Shown: piece after piece, positions 53,666 through 64,000 of the stretch
Numbering within the stretch: position 1 is the first letter of the stretch
Layout of the letters: every line of letters begins with the position of its first letter
DNA from: Macrostomum lignano
Lineage: Eukaryota
Length of the DNA stretch: 64,000 nucleotides
Assembly (NCBI GenBank): GCA_002269645.1
Contig: NIVC01003051.1
Coordinates: 1-64,000 of the forward strand
Direction: 5' to 3'
Position numbers and translations under genes: made by a program
The notes under the pieces: model-generated
Seen by the model: the letters and a program-made list of their open reading frames with translations, nothing else
Databases searched by the model: none
What the model was told of the DNA's origin: nothing

Positions 53666-55289
53666 AACTCGAACCGCGCTCGAGACACTTGTTGTTTTCT
53701 CACGGGACTTTTGCGAACTGTTCTGTTACTCACTGGCCTTTGATGCCCGGTTTTTGTCCCTGCCAAGGCCTTCTGGGGCGCTCGACTTGGCCGGATACTG
53801 CCTTCAGGCTCTTCCCCCTTGCGATCCTGCCGACCTGATCCTCCTTCCCCTGGCAGTTTCGGCTTCAACAGCTAAGTTCCCCCTGAGAAGCATCATCAAT
53901 ATCTCCCGGCAGTGATCTAAGAACAGCAACGACAACCGGCAAGTGAAGAGCAACAGCGTCACGCGTCAGTTAAGATCAGCAGCAGCATACCATCTGAGTG
54001 CTTCGGTCTCTGTGGATTCCTTGGCCACCGGCAGATAGGTCCTCTGATTGGTTTGGTGAGAGGCTCTCTTGACCTGCTTAACTGAGTGCACCCTTTGTCT
54101 GACCCCTTCCTAGGTAGTCTGATAGGATTTGCACTTTTGGTTACTTGCTTTTGTGTGCCAATCTCGAGGCAGAAGTGTCAGTTAATATTAAAAGTAGCCA
54201 TTTGCTCTAACTCAATCTAAAGTGTCTAGGATTGCGGATTAAGTGAGAAAGTTAAATCTGGAAGTTAAAGACAGCATTTTCTTTCTTTTTCGCAATGCCA
54301 GCTGAAATGAGCGGCTAAATCTAGAGGCAGAGGTCACGGTGGACCGGAAGCGGCACAGTTCCCAGTCAATCAGTCGATCTAAGAAATCATTATGTTAAGC
54401 ATGCAAATTAAGTGCCAGACTGGCGCTTTGGCGCGGTCACAGGCAGTCAAGCGGCTAAAGTAAGTTAAATATTAGTCTAAAGATCTCCGAAAGTGACAAT
54501 GCATCTACATCATCGCTATCTGTCGACGTGTTAACACATTTAGTGCCATTAGAGTGCAGTTACGTGTACTTTTACATGTACTTCTGGGAATTTGGTAAAG
54601 AAATAGTACATTTAGTAGTGTATAGAGGCCCGCCAGCGCAAGAACCCCCTGCAGAAGTCCTCTCTGTCCCTGCATGGCCAATGCGATCTTAGTCCCAGCA
54701 GCGTCCCTTCTATTCGGCTATGACTTCGAGATAGACAGCTAAAAGACACTAGAGGCAGGTAAGTGCAGTGCCCCTCTAGTCGCAAGTCCGATTTCGATAG
54801 CTCCGGTTTGGTGAGCCGGGGCGCACGGGCTGGTGGCAGCGGGTTAGTTAATCTGCGGATTAGCTAATCTCTACCTTTCAAATTCTCCCTGCTTGTCTCT
54901 CGCTGTCTTCTCCTAGCTATAGGACCTTGGTGCTCGCCCACAATCTAGCTACCATGGGGCTGACCATCTGACAGGAGTGAGAGGCCAGAGTTCTAAGTGA
55001 TTCATTTCTGAATTCTGAGGCCCGAAGCCATGGGCTTAAAAAGGCCGAACCCATCAATGGGAACAGGAATGCATTCAGATAATGAGTGAAAGCAAAGTAC
55101 AACGATGGCAGAGGGAAGGCAAATCCCGAGATAAAGGGATAGACGATGAGAGGGAGATAGGTGAATGGCGAGTGAGAGCCTGAAACGGGAGAGACAGAAA
55201 AGAAGTGGAGAGTAGAAGGGAGGGAAAGAGGGAGAGTAGATTAAGGAGTGGAGAACGATTTCAGAGGTTAAAGAGGGAGAGGGTTGGGA

Positions 55290-55640
55290 GATGGGGAGGA
55301 AGAGTGGGCGAGAAAAGGGGAGAGGGGGAGAGAGGGGAAGAGAGAGGGAGAGAAGGAGAAAGGGGAAGAGAGAGAAAAGAGGGAGGGAGAGGAGAGGGAG
55401 AGAGGGGAGGGAGAGAGAGGAGGGAGAGAGGGGAGGGAGAGAGGGGAGGGAGAGAGGGGAGGGAGAGAGGGGAGGGAGAGAGGGGAGGGAGAGAGGGGAG
55501 GGAGAGAGGGGAGGGAGAGAGGGAGGGAGAGAGGGGAGGGAGAGAGGGGAGGGAGAGAGGGGAGGGAGAGAGGGAAGGGAGAGAGGGGAGGGAGAGGGGA
55601 GGGAGAGAGGGGAGGGAGAGAGGGGAGGGAGAGGGGGCAG
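55290..55640 (+). repeat. GA-rich low-complexity tandem repeat
   Basis: (GAGAGAGGGGAGG)n. Confidence 0.95.
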
Positions 55641-56081
55641 GAGATGAAGCCAATCAGAGGTCGCAGTCTGCACATCAATGAATCACAGTCCCAGCGGTGG
55701 CAGCCAAAATCTACCATTTCTAGTTTCTATGGGAGTTTCTATGCTGTTGTATACGTCGTATGCAGCATATTTTTCTCAATGTTGATGGCACAGCACTGTG
55801 GTTATAATTACAGAGCACGGCTGTCATCGAAGATATCTAATTAGAGCAGTGGCTCATTCTTCACTGAAGCTACCGAGGCTCAATGAAAAAATAGTTTTGC
55901 AGAGAGCAGGGCAGAGAACGCACTCTGCAATATAGAGTGCTCTGAGCTGGGAGCTGACCGAGTGACCAGCGATTCGCTGCTTTTAGTTTCAGCTGCTGCT
56001 AAAAATTGGCTGCGGATTGCCTCGCTGTACAGGGCTGCGTCAGCATCAGGGTTGAAACTTCTCGCTCCCTCATACCCCAAC

Positions 56082-56160
56082 CGTGTAGTGGCCTAGTGGC
56101 TACCGTATTCGCTTTTGTGTGGGCGCGACCTGGGTTCGATTTCGCTGGTTGAGATGTGGG
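56082..56160 (+). other. tRNA-derived sequence (Pol III A/B boxes); pseudo-tRNA or SINE head
   Basis: TGGCCTAGTGG (A box) and GGTTCGATT (B box) at tRNA spacing; resembles the Glu/Gly/Asp class; acceptor stem not intact. Confidence 0.5.
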
Positions 56161-56401
56161 TGAGAGAGTTGGAGAGGCTAGGTGAGGGGTAGGGCCTCAC
56201 GCCCGATATGTGGTAGAGGGTGCCTGCGGGGTACGTATCGTTGACTACATATCGGTGTACACACATATCGGGGGAGTGTACCTTTGGCTCGGGAGGGGGC
56301 GCCTACGGCATGGGCGCCTGCGGCATGACCGGCGCCTGAATGGCGCTTGGCGCCACGCGCCTGCGGCGCGCGCGCGCCAGCCAATGAGAGGCGAGGAGGG
56401 T

Positions 56402-56451
56402 TGACACCCACCCCACCTCCAAAATCGACGGATACGCAAGTCCTTAGTAGT
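56402..56451 (+). mobile_element. Orphan terminus related to the E2 TIR
   Basis: 24/25 match to 49426-49450, followed 25 bp later by TAGTAGT, the same spacing as the E2 terminus. Confidence 0.65.
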
Positions 56452-56639
56452 GCTGACCCCACTCAGACTGAGACATCTCTTCCTGGCAGAGACAATAATT
56501 GAGAGTGACAATCATCTGCATGTCACTACGAGAGTGACATTCAGAAAGCTGCTATGCAGTGCGAGCCTGAACTCAGTGTGTTGTATTGCAGTCCTTGTCC
56601 GTTCGTCGTGAACTCAATTTACTTTGCTGAAGTGTTGTG

Positions 56640-58000
56640 CTGGAAATAAAGATTACCAGATGGCCTTCCTGCGTCATTTTTCAAGCTCTCGAAAGCTCTC
56701 TTGTACAGTCCTCCGACCAGATAAAAGGAGTGGTGGGCTTCCGCAGACGGTTCAATGGTGCATTAACTTTGGAAGAAAATTCAGGAATGAGACGTCCAAA
56801 AAAATGACTAGCCCCAAAAACTGCTCGACCTCCGAAGAAAGTGATCTCATTGCATGAGTCAGAGTACTTTCTCGTTGACACTGACTTTCTTCTCTGCCAG
56901 CCTCGACTCGTCTTAACCGAGGTCTGCAGTCGCTTACTAAGCCAGTCGGCATTCTCAGCAAGATAAGATCTAGAACATCATCTTGATAAAATAAGTGACA
57001 TGGAACCCACACAATCTCTTTGAATCCACTGCACCAGATGCCAGTCCAGTGGAATACATGTACACTATAGTAACTTGTCATACTATGAGTAGTGCCATAG
57101 GCGCACTTGTGTATGTTTATTACATTTCGTGCGGGGAGTCAACGGATTGCAACTGCAGAGAATTGAGCAATCGTGCAGAAAATCTTTTTTCTCAATTGAG
57201 CAAAAGAGAAGAAACGTTGTTGCAAAGAGGGCTTTTTATGAAGAATATCTTTCAGTAAGCAAGCAGTGAGACAGCTGCAGATGTGCTAGCTGGTAGTTGG
57301 AGTCTATACTGATAATCCACGCGAGGGACGCCTGCGGGAAGTGCCGGCATGAGGGCAGGGAGCTGAGTCTGCCGATACTGTGGGTGAGTGAGCTGAGTTT
57401 TGAGTCTTTAGTCTCTGACTGCTGCATTACCTTGTCGATCTCTTGAACGGCATATCAAGGAGCCCTGAGACCTCCTGGAGGACTTCCAGCGCAGAGTCGA
57501 CGGCTCCATCTGCAGCTTCAACCGTGGCTGGTCGGAGTACATGAACGTCAGCGGATTCGTTGAGAGCGAGAGAGTCTCAACTACTGGATGGGGCTGAAGC
57601 AGCTGCACCAGCTCACCGCCGCTGCAGTGTGGAGAGTCCACTGGGAGTCAGCGACTGAAACGGCACCTGGTACTGGGCTGAGAATGCTCCGTTTTCTGTT
57701 GGCCCAGCGGCTAACAAAAGTACAGCTGTGCTCAATGGGATCGCTGGACGCGAGCAGGTTGAGTGTCAGACTGCAAACTGATTGGTGCTGGTCTCTGGTC
57801 GAGAGAGGTCCGCCGGCTGGTGGTACGATCAATGCACTTTTATCAGCTCCAACGGAGTGTTCCGGCCTGCTTCTAAGCGTAGGAATGTACTATCATCTGC
57901 CCTGATGCTGGCCTTGGAGCTGACGCTATACTTCTCGATGAAGATCGAACTTCGAATGCTTGATTCGCCAGTGATGACGGAGAGCCAATCCGTGTAGCTA
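56640..58000 (-). pseudogene. Degenerate gypsy-like pol fragment
   Basis: CNEITFFG..FFGRLIPEFSSKVNAPLNRLRK..FIWSEDC resembles the RT C-terminus. Confidence 0.55.
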
Positions 58001-58282
58001 AAAAACTGCAATTGATTGATAAAACTTAACAGTCTTAACTGTTATTCTAGACAGCTGACGGCTGCCTACATGTAGTATGTCAGGTCGAGAGCTCTGATGC
58101 CTATTATGAACTTTCGGTTAGGTTAGTCAATAATGCCCATAGGAGCTGGCCTTGTGAAGGATTATAATTTCGGCAATGAGAAATTTCGGTCTAGAACTGC
58201 CCATTTTTATCAACAAAAGCGCTCTAAATCACGAATTTTTTTGTAAAAAGATATTATAAATGAAAAATATATTAGTTATACT

Positions 58283-58950
58283 CTAATTTGTTTTAATGTG
58301 TAGCGCTGCGGGGGCGCCCGGAGCGGTGTTCTCCCTAAAACACGCACCGCACCGCCCCGAACCGCTACACATTATAGCATTTTTTGTCAATGCAGTTTTT
58401 GATTGCAAGAAAACTATTTTTTGTAATAGTAATGGAATCAATAACTTTAGTTAATATTTAAAATATTATTATTAGTTTCATTATTCTCGCTTTCATTATT
58501 AAATTATATTATTAACATTATTAATAATATCAATTATTGTTGACCAAATTTTATATTTCAAAGTAAAAACTAAATTTAATAAAAACTTGAAGCTTAACAG
58601 GAAAACGCATTTTGAAATGCTTCAGTTATAGTCCAATTTGTTTTAATGTGTAGCGCTGTGAGGCGGTGCGGTGGGTAGTGGGTCTCCCTAAAACACGCAC
58701 CGCACCGTCCCGAACCGCTACACATTATAACATCTTTTATCAATGCAGTATTTGATTGCAGATAAAACTATTTGTTGTAAGAGTAATGTAACAAATAAAT
58801 TTAGCTACCATTTTAAGTATTTATTAGTTATCATACTCTTGTTTTCATTAAAAAAATTTATTAATATTGTTTTATTAATATTACTATTAATAACACTTAT
58901 TATTCACCGAATTTTATATTTCAAAGTAAAAAACTAAATTTAATAAAAAC
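58283..58950 (+). repeat. Two tandem ~350-bp copies, each with 12-bp inverted arms TAATGTGTAGCG/CGCTACACATTA
   Basis: Copies begin at ~58283 and ~58633. Confidence 0.8.
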
Positions 58951-59391
58951 TTTATTAGTGCGCTGAGTCTTTTGCTAGGCCCTATCTCTGCACTCATGCA
59001 CTGCACTCTACACTGCACAGCACAGCAGGCATCAGGCATCAGCGTTTTTCAATTCGAAGAGCTTGCGTGCACGGCAGCCGTTCACGTAAGCTCAGAATTG
59101 CGTGCACGGCGGCTATCTACCTAGTGCTTTATTTGCATGTATGCAGCCGTACACCTAGTGTTGTAATTGCGTGCACGGCAGCCGGCAATTGGCCGGGACT
59201 GGGGCCCTTAAATCCACGCATTGGCATTGCAAACCTAATTAAAAAATATTTTTACTACATTGTTTTATAATGTTTTATCCCCCGTACACCATGGACTGCA
59301 AATGTAATCTTAATTCATTGTTTTTTTGTTAACTTGAATATTAATTCGAATAGTATATGACTTACTGTATAAGCCTATAAGATATGGTTGA

Positions 59392-60092
59392 CGGTCATTT
59401 CGTCTGCCGCCTTTTCGTCTGCCGCCTTTTCGTCTGCCAATATACGATATAGTCGTTTCGTCTGCCAATATATATAATATATAAATCGGAATAACTATGT
59501 CATCAAGCTTCGCATGGAAGTGTAATGTAAATGTCTTATTAATTGTAATTTATTATAATGCTAGGATTTTTCTGAAAGTTCCGGAGCTAATATGTTGCAT
59601 ATAAATACACAAAGCCAGAAGCAAGTATCTCCAACCGTTTAGTTTCCTTCCAACTTTATTTTTACAAATAATTGCAAATTTTTTAAAATTGTAAAATTTT
59701 GTAAATTGTAAATTGTAAAATTGTAAAATTGTAAAATTGTAAAATTTGTAAAAATATTTGTTTTTACAAATTACGCATCAAGGACCACTAGAAGTTACGT
59801 TGTAACGGTAACTTCTAGTGGTCCTTGTTACGCATGCGTCCATGGTGAAAAAATTATCGATAACACCACTTTCTCAGAAAATAACTTCGCATCGATGCGT
59901 CGTAGAAAATGAAGAAAAACAAAATGTATCAATATAAATAAGAAAACATACTTAAAACTTGCTTATACTAATTTATTTTAATTCCCTACATAAAAAATAC
60001 TAAATAAGTGAACCAAAATAAACATAAATATAAAAGTCGTTTCGTCTGCTAAAATTCTTTGGCAGACGAAAAGGCGGCAGACGAAATGACCG
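59392..60092. mobile_element. Inner MITE-like element with (TTTCGTCTGCCGCC)n inverted ends
   Basis: CGGTCATTTCGTCTGCC...GGCAGACGAAATGACCG; no clear TSD. Confidence 0.6.
59779..59827. mobile_element. 49-bp TIR-only mini-element with 8-bp TSD
   Basis: 20-bp perfect arms CAAGGACCACTAGAAGTTAC, 9-bp spacer, TTACGCAT on both sides. Confidence 0.8.
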
Positions 60093-62029
60093 CAGACCTA
60101 AGATATAGCTCTGCCGTGCACGCAATTCTGAGCTTATGTGAACGGCGGCCGTGCACGCAAGCTCTTCGTTTTCAATTTTCACAGTTTATTTTTTTTTCTA
60201 TGGCCAACTACAAATATCAGGCGAGGGTATTGCTGGTAAGTTAGGCTGTGCCTAAAGATTGCTACATTGAGTTGTTTGTCTAAACATTAACTGCTTTATA
60301 CAGCAGTTAGTTAGTTAGTTTTTTAGCAGTATCAAACTTAAGTTAGACCTAAAATTTAGGAAGATGCTTTTTTTTTCAATTTTTCTCTGTTTTATTATAA
60401 TTTGATAAATAAATAATCTTCAACAAGACATACACATTTATTTGAATTTGAAATCAAAAAATTAATTATCAATTACTACTTTTTTAATGTTTTCTTTTGT
60501 TAAGCAAAAGTCTATTCTAAACAAAGGCCTATAGATAGTCAATAAATGTAGGCCCAACTAGCCTATGGTTAGCTTATATAGGATTAAACTTCATATAATG
60601 TCAAAATCTAAAAACTAAGGGCAATTTTTGGCAATCTTCAAGTTTCGTTCGTTAAATTATTTTTTCAATGATTCCTAAACTATCTTGCTCTGAGATGATT
60701 ATTTTCGAGCTCTCCAGTATACCCAGCCCTTTCCTAGCTGAGAAAGTAGCAGCTTTGTTAATATTAACCTCTAAGGTACCATAAAGCCGAAAATATAAGA
60801 TGCAAACAAGCAAAGCTAACATGTAACGCTAAGTACAAACAGACAGATGCAAAGTAAATGCAAAGTAAAACAACAGATAGGGTAAAGCATCATCAACCGA
60901 ACATAAAAGTATCATTTTTCAACCTTCTTTCTTGCATAGCAAAAAAAATTTTATATGTAGTGAAATAAAACTACCCAGAAGTTGTTTAGAACATTTTTTT
61001 CTTTTAAATGAATGGTCGCTTTACTTTATTGCACAAGTAGAAAAAAAGTTATTGATGATTTTATTTCAAAACCGAACGATGATTCTAGGGTATCTTCAAA
61101 CGGAACAGGGTATCTGACGTTCAGTTTTTGTGTTTGAACACTAATAACTTTTTTATTTCTTGTTCGTTTTTTCTGAAATATATATCATTGTAAAGATTAA
61201 TTCATACTCTTTCTAAAAAGTATAACTTTTGCACAGATAGATGTAGAAAAATATTGTTTATCTGCATTTGAATATAGTACCCCCCATTGAACAGAAAAAT
61301 CGTGAATTTTTACTTTTTTGCCATTTCCTTTAACTCTCTCATGCTAAATTGATAAAATGCTATGTTTTCTACTTATTTTAGATTGTCGAATCGGAAAAGC
61401 AATAAAGAATTTTAAAAAACCACAAGTTCTTTAAAGCAGAGCTGATACTTTGCCCATTTCGGAGTTCTTCTGAAGGACCTACTAATGTTTCAGCTTTAAA
61501 CATAGGCATTTATTTTGCCATTATTACCTTGTTTTTGAAAGAAAAAAGTACCTCTAGTATACTTTTAACCTTTTTTTACCATAAAGGTAATATTTTTTCA
61601 AAAGTTAAAGAAGAAGAAGAAAGAAAAGTAAAAAAATGGTAAAAAACGATTTTTTTGCAAACAAATTCTCGTAATTTTTTATTTTATTTCTTCTCATCAT
61701 ACTCGTATATTTTTACTTCAAGTAGTTGCATGCAAGATGTCAAGAAAAAATGCTGTAAAATCTTAAAATTTTCCGATAAACCATCACCTCGTTCTCAGAC
61801 TGCAATCACTTGGCCCTCTTGATGTAACAACAGGGGGGCCGCCAAAACCATAGGCTCATTGGGTTCATCTGTTTACCCCAGCCTTGTATACATGTAGATT
61901 TTTTGCAAATACAAGAAAGAAAAAGCTCGCAAAAATATTCAAAATCTACTTATATACGCTCGTATATATAAAGTAAAAATTATACATGTATATGTACATG
62001 TAGATTGCTATCTGATAATAACCAGCATG

Positions 62030-64000
62030 AAGTCGACAGACAGGCGGCTGATAGAAAGGAGACAGAAAGACGGCTGATAAAGAGAAGATAGACAGGCCAC
62101 TGATAGAGAGGAGACAGGCAGGCCGCCAATAGAGAGGAGACGGGCGGCTGATAAAGAGGAGAAAGACAGGCCGCTGATAGAGAGGAGATAGACAGGCCGC
62201 TGATAGAGAGGAGACAGGCCGCTGATAGAGAGGAGACAGGCAGGCCGCCGATAGAGAGGAGATAGACAGGCCGCTGATAGAGAGGAGACAGGCAGGCCGC
62301 CAATAGAGAGGAGACGGGCGGCTGATAAAGAGGAGAAAGACAGGCCGCTGATAGAGAGGAGATAGACAGGCCGCTGATAGAGAGGAGACAGGCCGCTGAT
62401 AGAGAGGAGACAGGCAGGCCGCCGATAGAGAGGAGATAGACAGGCCGCTGATAGAGAGGAGACAGGCAGGCCGCCGATAGAGAGGAGATAGACAGGCCGC
62501 TGATAGAGAGGAGACAGGCAGGCCGCCGATAGAGGAGATAGACAGGCCGCTGATAGAGAGGAGACAGGCCGCTGATAGAGAGGAGATAGACAGGCCGCTG
62601 ATAGAGAGGAGATAGACAGGCCGCTGATAGAGAGGAGATAGACAGGCCGCTGATAGAGAGGAGATAGACAGGCCGCTGATAGAGAGGAGATAGACAGGCC
62701 GCTGATAGAGAGGAGATAGACAGGCCGCTGATAGAGAGGAGACAGGCAGGCCGCCGATAGAGGAGATAGACAGGCCGCTGATAGAGAGGAGACAGGCCGC
62801 TGATAGAGAGGAGACAGGCCGCTGATAGTGAGGAGATAGACAGGCCGCTGATAGAGAGGAGACAGGCAGGCCGCTGATAGAGAGGAGATAGACAGGCCGC
62901 TGATAGAGAGGAGATAGACAGGCCGCTGATAGTGAGGAGACAGGCAGGCCGCCGATAGAGAGGAGACAGGCCGCTGATAGAGAGGAGACAGGCCGCTGAT
63001 AGAGAGGAGACAGGCAGGCCGCCGATAGAGAGGAGATAGACAGGCCGCTGATAGAGAGGAGACAGGCAGGCCGCCAATAGAGAGGAGACGGGCGGCTGAT
63101 AAAGAGGAGAAAGACAGGCCGCTGATAGAGAGGAGATAGACAGGCCGCTGATAGAGAGGAGACAGGCCGCTGATAGAGAGGAGACAGGCAGGCCGCCGAT
63201 AGAGAGGAGATAGACAGGCCGCTGATAGAGAGGAGACAGGCAGGCCGCCGATAGAGAGGAGATAGACAGGCCGCTGATAGAGAGGAGACAGGCAGGCCGC
63301 CGATAGAGGAGATAGACAGGCCGCTGATAGAGAGGAGACAGGCCGCTGATAGAGAGGAGATAGACAGGCCGCTGATAGAGAGGAGATAGACAGGCCGCTG
63401 ATAGAGAGGAGATAGACAGGCCGCTGATAGAGAGGAGATAGACAGGCCGCTGATAGAGAGGAGTTAGACAGGCCGCTGATAGAGAGGAGATAGACAGGCC
63501 GCTGATAGAGAGGAGACAGGCAGGCCGCCGATAGAGGAGATAGACAGGCCGCTGATAGAGAGGAGACAGGCCGCTGATAGAGAGGAGACAGGCCGCTGAT
63601 AGTGAGGAGATAGACAGGCCGCTGATAGAGAGGAGACAGGCAGGCCGCCGATAGAGAGGAGATAGACAGGCCGCTGATAGAGAGGAGACAGGCAGGCCGC
63701 CGATAGAGGAGATAGACAGGCCGCTGATAGAGAGGAGACAGGCCGCTGATAGAGAGGAGATAGACAGGCCGCTGATAGAGAGGAGATAGACAGGCCGCTG
63801 ATAGAGAGGAGATAGACAGGCCGCTGATAGAGAGGAGACAGGCAGGCGGCTGATGGAGAGGAGACAGGCAGGCCTCCGATAGAGAGGAGATAGACAGGCC
63901 GCTGATAGAGAGGAGACGGGCGGCTGATAGAGAGGAGATAGACAGGCCGCCGATAGAGAGGAGATAGACAGGCCGCTGATAGAGAGGAGACGGGCCGCTG
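62030..64000 (+). repeat. 22-26-bp satellite GATAGAGAGGAGA(TAGA)CAGGCCGCT running to the window end
   Basis: Direct observation. Confidence 0.98.

Larger units (their letters stand above)
59055..60168. mobile_element. Non-autonomous DNA transposon with ~70-bp TIRs and 9-bp TSD (Mutator-like)
   Basis: CGAAGAGCTTGCGTGCACGG...CCGTGCACGCAAGCTCTTCG flanked by TTTTCAATT (59046-59054 and 60169-60177). Confidence 0.8.

Noticed and set aside
55002-55844. Several Pro/Ser/Leu or Gly/Arg/Glu ORFs
   Set aside because: Artefacts of the GA-rich repeat lacking stop codons
56082-56160. Functional tRNA gene
   Set aside because: A/B boxes present, but acceptor and anticodon stems do not pair properly
61980-63077. 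365-aa ORF
   Set aside because: Satellite translation

Overview
Repeat-rich eukaryotic (animal, probably invertebrate) genomic DNA dominated by mobile elements. (1) 1-16712: a ~16.7-kb Polinton/Maverick (adintovirus-type) element, E1. Its left end lies ~16 bp before the window. It carries pPolB, integrase, major and minor capsid, packaging ATPase, adenain-type protease, a PC4-like protein and a divergent TATA-binding-protein (TBP)-like gene. (2) 20198-24006: a 3-exon host C2H2 zinc-finger gene amid satellites. (3) 27987-38541: a young Ty3/gypsy LTR retrotransposon with near-identical LTRs and a 4-bp TSD. (4) 39283-49475: a second, distantly related Polinton-like element, E2, with TIRs and a 6-bp TSD, inserted into a decayed gypsy integrase. 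It has the virion module, integrase and its own frameshifted TBP-like gene, but no DNA polymerase. (5) 51-64 kb: microsatellites, retroelement debris, an orphan E2-like terminus and nested non-autonomous DNA transposons. The main candidate new system is a Polinton-encoded TBP-like factor with a matching promoter code. In E1 the motif CTTAAGAA lies 38-103 nt upstream of six genes; in E2 CTATAAATA lies upstream of most virion-module genes. This resembles the viral TBP-mimic late-transcription systems of beta/gamma herpesviruses. All homology calls are by eye from motifs, with no searches run. Many ORFs are broken by 1-bp homopolymer indels that may be assembly errors.
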